31,298 bases of DNA, taken from NCBI GenBank assembly GCA_017861095.1, contig JAGFXI010000004.1, forward strand, positions 1-31,298, given 5' to 3'. Position 1 is the stretch's first letter. The number at the start of each line of letters is the position of its first letter. Positions 18,411-25,536 of this stretch are shown here, one piece after another. Under the pieces are notes generated by a model. It did no database searches. It was not told the origin of the DNA and was given only the letters and a program-made list of their open reading frames with translations. Both the position numbers and the translations under genes were made by a program. The DNA comes from Deltaproteobacteria bacterium. GTDB taxonomy: Bacteria; Desulfobacterota; Syntrophobacteria; BM002.

Positions 18411-18440
18411 TGTGACCAATGGGCTCCCCCCTCCGTATCT
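18411..18440 (+). promoter_or_regulatory. ECF-type promoter, copy D (TGTGAC-N18-GTATCT)
   Basis: TGTGAC 18411-18416, 18 nt, GTATCT 18435-18440, with an upstream A-tract. Points at the ferritin-like gene. Confidence 0.8.
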
Positions 18441-18531
18441 AATCAATGAGTCCAAGACCTTCCCTCCTCGGCAAGCCGCCTAATGGAGAAAAGTACCGTG
18501 TCATGCGACCGGGGTAGGGCCGATCGGTGAC

Positions 18532-18622
18532 AGCAGCGAGCCATCTGGGGTAATGGGCAGTTCCGGTATGAGCCGCCATGGCGGGGGGAATGGGCGACGG
18601 TGGCGGAGCGGGGTGCCGTTGA
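18532..18622 (+). pseudogene. decayed fragment paralogous to the 3' part of the poly-Gly gene
   Basis: ATGGGCAGTTCCGGTATGAGCCGCCATGGCGGGGGGAATGGGC (from 18553) matches the minus-strand read of about 14079-14120, ATGGGCGGTTCCGGGATGGGCGGCCATGGCGGGGGAATGGGC, with 4 substitutions and one extra G. Confidence 0.6.
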
Positions 18623-18698
18623 CTTCCCGCGGGCAGGTAACGGCGAGGCAGTGCCAGGAAGAGGCTGGAGAAAAGAATAACGAAAGGAGAGCTTGGTT

Positions 18699-19253
18699 AT
18701 GAGAGACACACTCAAAGTTGACGCAAGAAGATGGTTTGTTGCGGGTGGACTTCTTCTGTTGATGAGCATCACTTCGCTTGGCTACGTGCAGGCCGCCGGC
18801 TTGACCGCCGCCGAGAAATATTGGCTGACTTATATGCGTGAAGAGGAAAAACTCGCCCGGGATGTATACTTGGCAATGCATGCGAAGTGGGGAGCCGCGA
18901 TTTTCGCCAATATCGCTGCATCCGAACAGAGACACATGGATGCAGTCAAGAGTTTGCTCGACAAATATAATCTCCCCGACCCCGCATCAGACGACACACC
19001 TGGGGTGTTTACCGACACGTTTCAAGCTCTTTACAACAACCTGGAAGCGCAGGGAAGCGTCTCTCTGGTTGAGGCACTCAAGGTGGGTGTGTTTATAGAG
19101 GAGACGGATATCGCCGACCTGAACGAGGGAATCGCTTCAGCCAAACACAAGGACATAAAGACCGTCTATAGCAACCTTCTACAGGGTTCGCTGAATCATC
19201 TAAAGGCATTCGTCTCTGAACTGGCGAGTAACGGAGTTACATACGAGCCATAG
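18699..19253 (+). CDS. exported ferritin-like protein (DUF2202-type)
   Basis: MREEEKLARDVY, SEQRH, GVFIEETDIADL and GSLNHL four-helix ligand pattern. N-terminal RRWFV plus hydrophobic stretch; AAAGGAGA RBS. Confidence 0.85.
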   Translation: MRDTLKVDARRWFVAGGLLLLMSITSLGYVQAAGLTAAEKYWLTYMREEEKLARDVYLAMHAKWGAAIFANIAASEQRHMDAVKSLLDKYNLPDPASDDTPGVFTDTFQALYNNLEAQGSVSLVEALKVGVFIEETDIADLNEGIASAKHKDIKTVYSNLLQGSLNHLKAFVSELASNGVTYEP

Positions 19254-19340
19254 CATCCGCGCATGCCTCTCCGCTACCTTTTTGTAAAGTAAAACGACCA
19301 AAGTGCCACAGAAATAATGCCATCTCATGGAGGCATCTCA

Positions 19341-19428
19341 GAAGGAGGTGCCTCTATGAGACCGCATGGTTCTCCAGAAGCACTGGAGCAACGTCGTCGT
19401 CGCGTAGTCGCATTGTTGAAGCAGAAGT
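19341..19428 (+). pseudogene. IS630-family transposase N-terminal stub
   Basis: Strong SD GAAGGAGGTG, then ATG 19356 MRPHGSPEALEQRRRRVVALLKQ, which resembles IS630 transposase N-termini. The resemblance ends after about 24 codons. Confidence 0.55.
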
Positions 19429-19575
19429 ATGAGGTGGACGGCATGCGGGTCATCATCTGCCGAGCCACGGGCACTTGGGGACCCCGCATGCTCATTTAAT
19501 CTCTCTTCCCCTTTTTCCGAGGCAGTAGGGGCCCCAGCAGCCGTCACAGTTCTAGGCTCTCAATGCAATCGCGAC

Positions 19576-20469
19576 CTATCCTGCCAGTTTCTCCGCCAAC
19601 GTCAATACAACAATCCCGAGCCCGATGCGGTACACCGCAAAGGGAACGAATCCGCGTCTCCGCACCCACGCCATGAACCACGCCACCGAGGCGTAGGCCA
19701 CGATGAAGGAAACAACAAAGCCGATCGCCAGCACCACCCATCCGTGCGCGTCAATGTGCGTTGCCCCGATCGGGTTGGCACCGCCCGGACGGAGCGATTT
19801 GAAGAGGTCGTATCCCGTGGCCACCACCATTGTCGGAATCGAGAGGAAGAAAGAAAACTCCAACGCCGAGGCCCGCGACATCCCCGCCACTTGCCCTGCC
19901 GCAATCGTGGCCATGGACCGCGAGGTTCCTGGAAAGACAGCGGAGAGCACCTGGCACGCGCCGATCCAGATCGCCTGCGCCAGATTCATCTCCTCCATGT
20001 TCCAGGTCCGGATCCGGCTCTCCGGGGCGCCCGCCCCGGCGGTTTCCGAGGGCGCGTTCACCGCATCCACGATCCACATCACGATGCCGCCGATGACAAG
20101 CGCCCCGCCCATGACATAGAGGCTCTCCAGGTGTTTGCCAATGATCTTCGTCAACAGGAAAGCGGGCAGGGCCGTCATGAGAAAAGCCACGATGGTGAGG
20201 CCCAGCGGATGGGTAAGCAGCGTCCGGTCTCCGCGTTTGCCGCCGGGAAAGTCGGAAAGGAACGCCACGATGCGCGAGCGGAAGTAGATCGGCAGGCAGA
20301 GGATGGCGCCGAGCTGGATGACGATGGAATACATCTTCCAATAGCCGTCTGAGAGGCTCACATGGCAGAGCGCCTCCGCTATCCGTAGATGCGCGGTGGA
20401 ACTCACGGGGAGAAATTCCGTCAGGCCTTCGATGACGCCCAATAGCAGGGACAGCAGGTAGTCGTTCAC
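19576..20469 (-). CDS. uppP: undecaprenyl-diphosphate phosphatase (BacA/UppP)
   Basis: GVIEGLTEFLPVSSTAH, VIQLGAIL, FPGTSRSMATI, EFSFFLSIP, FVPFAVYR. GTG start 20469 with GGAGG RBS. Confidence 0.96.
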   Translation of the reverse strand: MNDYLLSLLLGVIEGLTEFLPVSSTAHLRIAEALCHVSLSDGYWKMYSIVIQLGAILCLPIYFRSRIVAFLSDFPGGKRGDRTLLTHPLGLTIVAFLMTALPAFLLTKIIGKHLESLYVMGGALVIGGIVMWIVDAVNAPSETAGAGAPESRIRTWNMEEMNLAQAIWIGACQVLSAVFPGTSRSMATIAAGQVAGMSRASALEFSFFLSIPTMVVATGYDLFKSLRPGGANPIGATHIDAHGWVVLAIGFVVSFIVAYASVAWFMAWVRRRGFVPFAVYRIGLGIVVLTLAEKLAG

Positions 20470-20815
20470 GGTGCCTCCAGAGGATGAATTGGGAGTGTAT
20501 CGCCGAAATGGCCGACCCTCTTCCGTGTGATTTTGGTTCGACAAAGGGAACCAACGTGAGATTGGCAATACGTCGCTTCTGGCGGGAAGAGGTATGGCAC
20601 GGAGGTGTCCCGGGTGTCAAGCATCCAGGACCGCCGGGCGCTGTTCCAGGTGGCGGACGTATTTGAGCCTGATCGGCGTTGCCGGCTCTCCATCTCTCCA
20701 TTGGATTCTCCCCCCTTGGAGAGGCAAGGGGATTGTGGTATGAGCTTATCGACAACGCCGGTCGGTCACTCCTGTCAGCCCATGGCCGATCGGGCAGCGA
20801 CCCTGAGGCAACACC

Positions 20816-21451
20816 TTGATCAAGGCCGTTATTTTCGACTTCGGGCGCGTCATCTCGGCTCAGAAGCCCCCGTCCCTCTTCCACACCTACGAAAGAGACT
20901 TGGGACTCACGCCGGATACGATCAATACCATCATGTTCCAGAGCGGGGCTTGGGAAGAGGCTCTCCGGGGTCGGAAAACGGTGGAAGAATTCTGGCAGGC
21001 GATCGGGCCTGAGCTCGGGCTGAAGGCCGCCGCCGAGATCGAGGCCTTTCACCACCGCTACCACGCCGATGAGGCCGTCAACGAGGGCGTGCTCCGCCTG
21101 ATCCGTCGGCTCCGCCGCCGGTACAAACTGGCGGTGCTCTCGAACTCGCCACCCGGTTTGACCCATTGGCTGGATAGCTGGAAGATCCTCGACCTTTTCC
21201 ATGTGGTATTCTGCTCCGGGGACGAGGGGATCGTGAAGCCGGACCCGAGGGCCTTCGCCCGAACCCTGGCGCGCCTCGACGTGAAGCCTGAGGAAGCGCT
21301 CTTCATCGACGACACCCCGGAGTATGTAGCCGCCGCTCGCGCCCTGGGGCTCCGCGCCGTAGTTTTCACCACGGCCGACAGGCTCGAGGAAGCCGTGACC
21401 GATCTTCTCGGGGCCGATCACCATGCGGACGTCTCGAAGTCAAGCAGTTGA
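20816..21451 (+). CDS. HAD-superfamily phosphatase (YihX-like)
   Basis: IKAVIFDFG motif I, LSN motif II, GIVKPD motif III, FIDD motif IV. Confidence 0.9.
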   Translation: MIKAVIFDFGRVISAQKPPSLFHTYERDLGLTPDTINTIMFQSGAWEEALRGRKTVEEFWQAIGPELGLKAAAEIEAFHHRYHADEAVNEGVLRLIRRLRRRYKLAVLSNSPPGLTHWLDSWKILDLFHVVFCSGDEGIVKPDPRAFARTLARLDVKPEEALFIDDTPEYVAAARALGLRAVVFTTADRLEEAVTDLLGADHHADVSKSSS

Positions 21452-21503
21452 CCCCATGTCAGCGGTGAGATCGGGGGCGAGGTATAGGAGAGACAGGAGA
21501 GCT

Positions 21504-22145
21504 ATGGCCATCGTTGTGAGAACTGAAAAAATCCAGATCGATCGACTCGTCCTTGGTCCCTTCAGTACCAATTCCTACGTCATTACGTGCCGGGAGACCG
21601 CCGAGAGCCTCGTTGTGGATGCTCCAGGCGAGATCGGGGACATCGTCACCGCGCTACGCCATACCCGTCCAAGGTGTATCCTCATCACCCATGGCCATAT
21701 GGATCACATCTCGGGGTTAGCTGATCTGAAGAGAGCCTTGTTCCTTCCCGTCGCCGCCCACCCAGGCGACGCCGAGGCTCTACCCGTCGACCCCGATATC
21801 CTGCTTGGCGATGGCGATCTCTTGCCTCTGGGATCGATCCAGCCTAAGGTGCTCCACACGCCCGGCCATACCCCCGGAAGTGTCTGCCTTCTCACGGACA
21901 CATATCTCCTCGCCGGTGACACTCTGTTCCCTGGAGGGCCCGGTCACACCAGCTCACCCGACGATTTTCAGCTCATCATCCAGTCCCTGACCCGGAGGAT
22001 CTTCCCCCTGCCGGACGATACTCAAGTCTACCCCGGTCACGGCGACGGGACTGTCCTCGGCAAAGAAAAAAAGGCCTTTAGGGCCTTCTCTGCCCGGATG
22101 CACAAACCGCATCTTTGCGGGGATGTGGTATGGGAATCTTCTTGA
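21504..22145 (+). CDS. MBL-fold metallo-hydrolase (glyoxalase II/YcbL-like)
   Basis: THGHMDHI, HTPGHTPGS, GDTLF, VYPGHG. AGGAGA RBS before ATG 21504. Confidence 0.93.
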   Translation: MAIVVRTEKIQIDRLVLGPFSTNSYVITCRETAESLVVDAPGEIGDIVTALRHTRPRCILITHGHMDHISGLADLKRALFLPVAAHPGDAEALPVDPDILLGDGDLLPLGSIQPKVLHTPGHTPGSVCLLTDTYLLAGDTLFPGGPGHTSSPDDFQLIIQSLTRRIFPLPDDTQVYPGHGDGTVLGKEKKAFRAFSARMHKPHLCGDVVWESS

Positions 22146-22183
22146 TCTGCGGACTGTCGACTTCGCCAAAAGTCGCCAAGGGA

Positions 22184-22309
22184 GACGGCACGGTAAGAAG
22201 CTCCAGATGCAAGGCGCGCAAATCTTGAGGAATGAGGCGTACATAGACGTACGCTGCAATGACCAAAGATGAAGCCCAACGCCGCAGATGGACTTTTTAC
22301 GAAGCCGTC
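22184..22309. repeat. 126-bp intergenic MITE/REP-like element with imperfect terminal inverted repeats
   Basis: Left end GACGGCACGGTAAGAAG versus right-end reverse complement GACGGCTTCGTAAAAAG; internal GCGTAC-ATAGAC-GTACGC hairpin. Sits between convergent genes. I recall similar dispersed repeats in deltaproteobacterial genomes (unverified). Confidence 0.7.
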
Positions 22310-22313
22310 AGGA

Positions 22314-23015
22314 CTACTTGGGGAGTTCCACCCGATGAAAGGCCTCGGCCAGCTTGAAGGTTTCTCCCTCCGCCATCTTCATACAGCGCTCCCGCAGCCA
22401 CTCTTCGATGTGCGGGTTGGCGAACTCCCGCACCTGGCTCTCATGACAGCGCAGGGCGGCGACCTTCCGATCGAAGGTCCCGGTGATATCGGAACGGTAG
22501 TTGATATCCTCGGCGCCCCAGAAGAGGAGCTCCTCCACCTTGTGAGGCTCCAGTCCTTGGGCCAGCAAGTCGGGATAAGCCATATGGTCCCTAGCGAAGG
22601 GGAAAACTGCATCGAGGACAACCTGGCCGGTCACCCGGTGGTCTCGATGCCAGATGTATCGCCGGTAGGGATCGCAGGTGACCACGATATGGGGACGGAA
22701 CATCCTGATGAGACGAACGATCTCTTTGCGAAACTCGGCCGTGTCCTCCAGGCTCTGGTCCGGATAACCCAGAAAGACAACCTCTCGCACCCCCAGCAGA
22801 CGGGCGGCGGCCAGTTGCTCCCTCTTCCGGATCTCCGCCAGCTTCCCGGCATCCAGGCTCCGGTCGGTGGTCCCCTTATCTCCGTTGGTGCAGACCACGT
22901 AGACGACCTGCTTTCCTTCTGCAGTCCAGCGCGCCACAGTGCCCGCAACGCCGAACTCGCCGTCGTCCGGATGAGCTGTCACTACCATGACGTCGGTTTC
23001 CGGTTTCACCCGCAC
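22314..23015 (-). CDS. PIG-L/LmbE-family N-acetylglucosaminyl deacetylase (MshB/BshB-like)
   Basis: AHPDDGEFG (HxDD), TNGDKG, RKREQLAAARLLG, HRDH zinc motifs. Confidence 0.92.
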   Translation of the reverse strand: MRVKPETDVMVVTAHPDDGEFGVAGTVARWTAEGKQVVYVVCTNGDKGTTDRSLDAGKLAEIRKREQLAAARLLGVREVVFLGYPDQSLEDTAEFRKEIVRLIRMFRPHIVVTCDPYRRYIWHRDHRVTGQVVLDAVFPFARDHMAYPDLLAQGLEPHKVEELLFWGAEDINYRSDITGTFDRKVAALRCHESQVREFANPHIEEWLRERCMKMAEGETFKLAEAFHRVELPK

Positions 23016-23123
23016 TCCACCTCGTGAGTTCGACCTACACGCACTCGTCTCGTTACCCGTCCGTTTTCCTCGGCGCAGACTCGATCCCCTGGCCCGGGAA
23101 TGAGCGCGCCCCAGAGTAGCCCT

Positions 23124-24386
23124 TCACCTGCCTGATGAGGCTGAGGCGCACGCGCCCAGCACCATCCGCGAAAGTGCCCCAAAAGAGCCGGAATCGCCGC
23201 GCCGGCACTTGAGGAGGATGTTGTACTGATCGATCATGGCGGCGGCCACGCCCCGAATCATCTCGCCGGCAAAGAGCCGTGCCGAGCCGAGCACTCGATC
23301 TATTCCCTGGGCCAGGGCCCGGGGCGAACCTTCGGAGACCACGCATCCGTTCACACCCTCGCGCAGGACGCTCGGCATGACGCCGACCGCTGTCGCCACA
23401 ACGGGCGTCCCGCACGCCAAGGACTCGAGAGCAACGAGCCCGAAGCTCTCGTAGTAGGAGGGAACAACCAGCACGTCGGCAGCACTGTAGTAGGGCGGGA
23501 GCTGCTCCTGGGCGACCCTTCCGGCCAGGGTCACCGCTTCCTGGATCCTGTAAACTTCACTCAAATGCCGCACCTGCTGCGATTCGGAAGTCTCGTCGCC
23601 GTTCCCGCCAACGATCACCAGTCGGAGCCGGCGCGGCTCCTGGACATGGGTCGCGGCGGCAAGGAGCCGCTCGATTCCCTTGATGGGCGCGAACCGGCCG
23701 ACGAAAAGAACTACGGCCTCCTCGGGGGAGAAACCCAGCTGCTGCCGTGCCCTCGCTTTATCCATGGGGCGGAAAAGCTCCAGATTGACGCCGCAGGGCA
23801 CGACCCCAATCCTCTCCGGGCGGGCGCCGTAGTACCGAATGAGGTGATCTCGTTCGCGCGGAGTTGGGGCGAGAACGCGGTCACAGGTCTCGACCAGTTC
23901 CCTTTCGGTCGCCAGGCGAAAGTCTGGCTCCCGCTCCGCCTCGACCGTCATGTTCTTCAAGGCACCGAGAGTGTGAAAGAGGATAATGTGCGGCACCTCC
24001 CATTGATCTCTCGCCCAGTTCCCCACCAGACCTGACAGCCAGTAGTGACTGTGAACCAGGTCATAGTGAACCCCTTGCTCGGCGCGGAACCCGTCCAGCT
24101 CTCGACAAAAATCAGCGAGATGGGGATAGAGCGCCCACTTGTGAAGATGGCCATTCGCTCCGGCTCGAAGATGGATGAGGTTGACCGTCTCCGAGAGCCG
24201 AACGGTGCGATCCCCTTGAGAGTCCTGGAGGCGAGTGAAGATGTCTACCCGGTGGCCCCGTCTTCCAAGTTCTTCGGCCAGTTCCCGGATGTAGACACTC
24301 ATTCCCCCCGTATCCTGGGTACCCAGCTCGCCGAGGGGACTCGAGTGGACGCTGAGCATGGCAATGTTAAGCTGTTCCCTTCGCAA
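23124..24386 (-). CDS. GT-B (GT4) glycosyltransferase, MshA-like
   Basis: SVHSSPLGELGTQDTGGMSVY (MshA-type), HSHYWLSG, HTLGALKN, GRFAPIKG, PSYYESFGLVALESLACGTPVV. TTG start 24386 follows GAGGTG. Confidence 0.9.
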   Translation of the reverse strand: MRREQLNIAMLSVHSSPLGELGTQDTGGMSVYIRELAEELGRRGHRVDIFTRLQDSQGDRTVRLSETVNLIHLRAGANGHLHKWALYPHLADFCRELDGFRAEQGVHYDLVHSHYWLSGLVGNWARDQWEVPHIILFHTLGALKNMTVEAEREPDFRLATERELVETCDRVLAPTPRERDHLIRYYGARPERIGVVPCGVNLELFRPMDKARARQQLGFSPEEAVVLFVGRFAPIKGIERLLAAATHVQEPRRLRLVIVGGNGDETSESQQVRHLSEVYRIQEAVTLAGRVAQEQLPPYYSAADVLVVPSYYESFGLVALESLACGTPVVATAVGVMPSVLREGVNGCVVSEGSPRALAQGIDRVLGSARLFAGEMIRGVAAAMIDQYNILLKCRRGDSGSFGALSRMVLGACASASSGR

Positions 24387-24434
24387 CGTCGGCACCTCAT
24401 GACCGCAGGTCAACCGGAACCGGCAGCTCCCTCC

Positions 24435-25430
24435 TCAACGCAGTGCGACCCCGCACCGATAGAGACGAACTGGCGTTCCCCCCAAACGATATTTGTAGGT
24501 TTCCCCGCCTTTCAGAAAATCGTAGGTTCTTCTTCCCCGCTCGATGCTATCCCTGATGCTGAATACCTTGCATAGCAAACCCACACTGAGAGCCCGAAAC
24601 TGATCGTCGTAGGCGTTGTTATAGAGATAAACCGTTGCATTATAATCAAAACACATGACCGTAGCAGCAGCAATACCGTCGAGGTGGAGAAAAAAGAGTC
24701 TCATGATCCCTTCTGCCGCCATGGCCCCAGCAAGGGAGCGAAAAAAGGAGGCCATCGGTGCGGTCATGAAGACTGCCTTGTCCGTGCGGTTCATGGCGAA
24801 GAGGATCAGGAAAGTCTCTATCTCCCGCTCGACCTCGTTCCTCCCCTCGACGAGCCGATACGTGACCGGCCCGACCTCTCCCAACCGTCTCAACTTCCGC
24901 CGTATCTCGTGCCGCTCCTTGCCGCTCAAGGCGAGCAAGAATGCATCCCACGTTGCCGGCAGCGGCATCTCCAGACTCACATCCTCCGGGTGAGCCGTGA
25001 CTTCGTAGCCGAGTTCCCGGGCCATGGGCACAAGACGGGTCATCACCGAGGAGTCGACCCGCACCGGTCCGAGATCAAGGAGGGCCACCCCGACGCCCCT
25101 CAGGTGCTCCAGGAGAATTCTGAAAAACTCGTCTTCCCGTCCCGGAGCGACGATAAAGTCGAGGTAATCACACACATCCCGATCACCCATGAACCGAGCC
25201 TGCTCTCCGTCTATCAGAAGCGGGGCAATGCCGACGAGATCGTTTCCCCGCCGGACTGACAAGCGATAGGGATTCCCGCCCGAACGGAGGGTAGTCCACC
25301 ATGCTTGCAGCCAGGGCGGCAGAACGAAGAGGCAGCTCCACCTTAGGGTCTTGTGAGCCTCCCGCCAGAGAGAAGCGAGGCTCTCGAAGCTCTCCTCTGA
25401 GACCTTGTATGTGCCGCAGGTCCGCTCCAG
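24435..25430 (-). CDS. GNAT-family protein, CelD/BcsL (Acetyltransf_6)-like
   Basis: FVLPPWLQAWW, GIAPL, CDYLD, LSGKERHEIRRKLRRL, YLYN...SVGLL...YDFLKGGETYKYRLG. Start uncertain: CTG 25430 after GGAGGT, or ATG 25523. Confidence 0.85.
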   Translation of the reverse strand: MERTCGTYKVSEESFESLASLWREAHKTLRWSCLFVLPPWLQAWWTTLRSGGNPYRLSVRRGNDLVGIAPLLIDGEQARFMGDRDVCDYLDFIVAPGREDEFFRILLEHLRGVGVALLDLGPVRVDSSVMTRLVPMARELGYEVTAHPEDVSLEMPLPATWDAFLLALSGKERHEIRRKLRRLGEVGPVTYRLVEGRNEVEREIETFLILFAMNRTDKAVFMTAPMASFFRSLAGAMAAEGIMRLFFLHLDGIAAATVMCFDYNATVYLYNNAYDDQFRALSVGLLCKVFSIRDSIERGRRTYDFLKGGETYKYRLGGTPVRLYRCGVALR

Positions 25431-25519
25431 GTTCCCACCTCCGTGCTGGCACCCCGGCTCTTCTGATCCACGGCGTGGATCAGGGGCCTGAGTGTCGCGC
25501 CACCCCGCACCTTTACCAC

Positions 25520-25536
25520 GCATTATGCGGGTTAAG
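25520..25536. repeat. isolated terminal repeat of the 188-bp element family, overlapping a stop codon
   Basis: GCATTATGCGGGTTAAG is 15/17 identical to 13115-13131 and contains the TAA stop (minus strand, 25532-25534) of the upstream gene. Confidence 0.55.

Noticed and set aside
19429-21424. ORFs 19429-20352 (+) and 19751-21424 (-)
   Set aside because: They are alternative-frame or antisense overlaps of uppP and the HAD gene.
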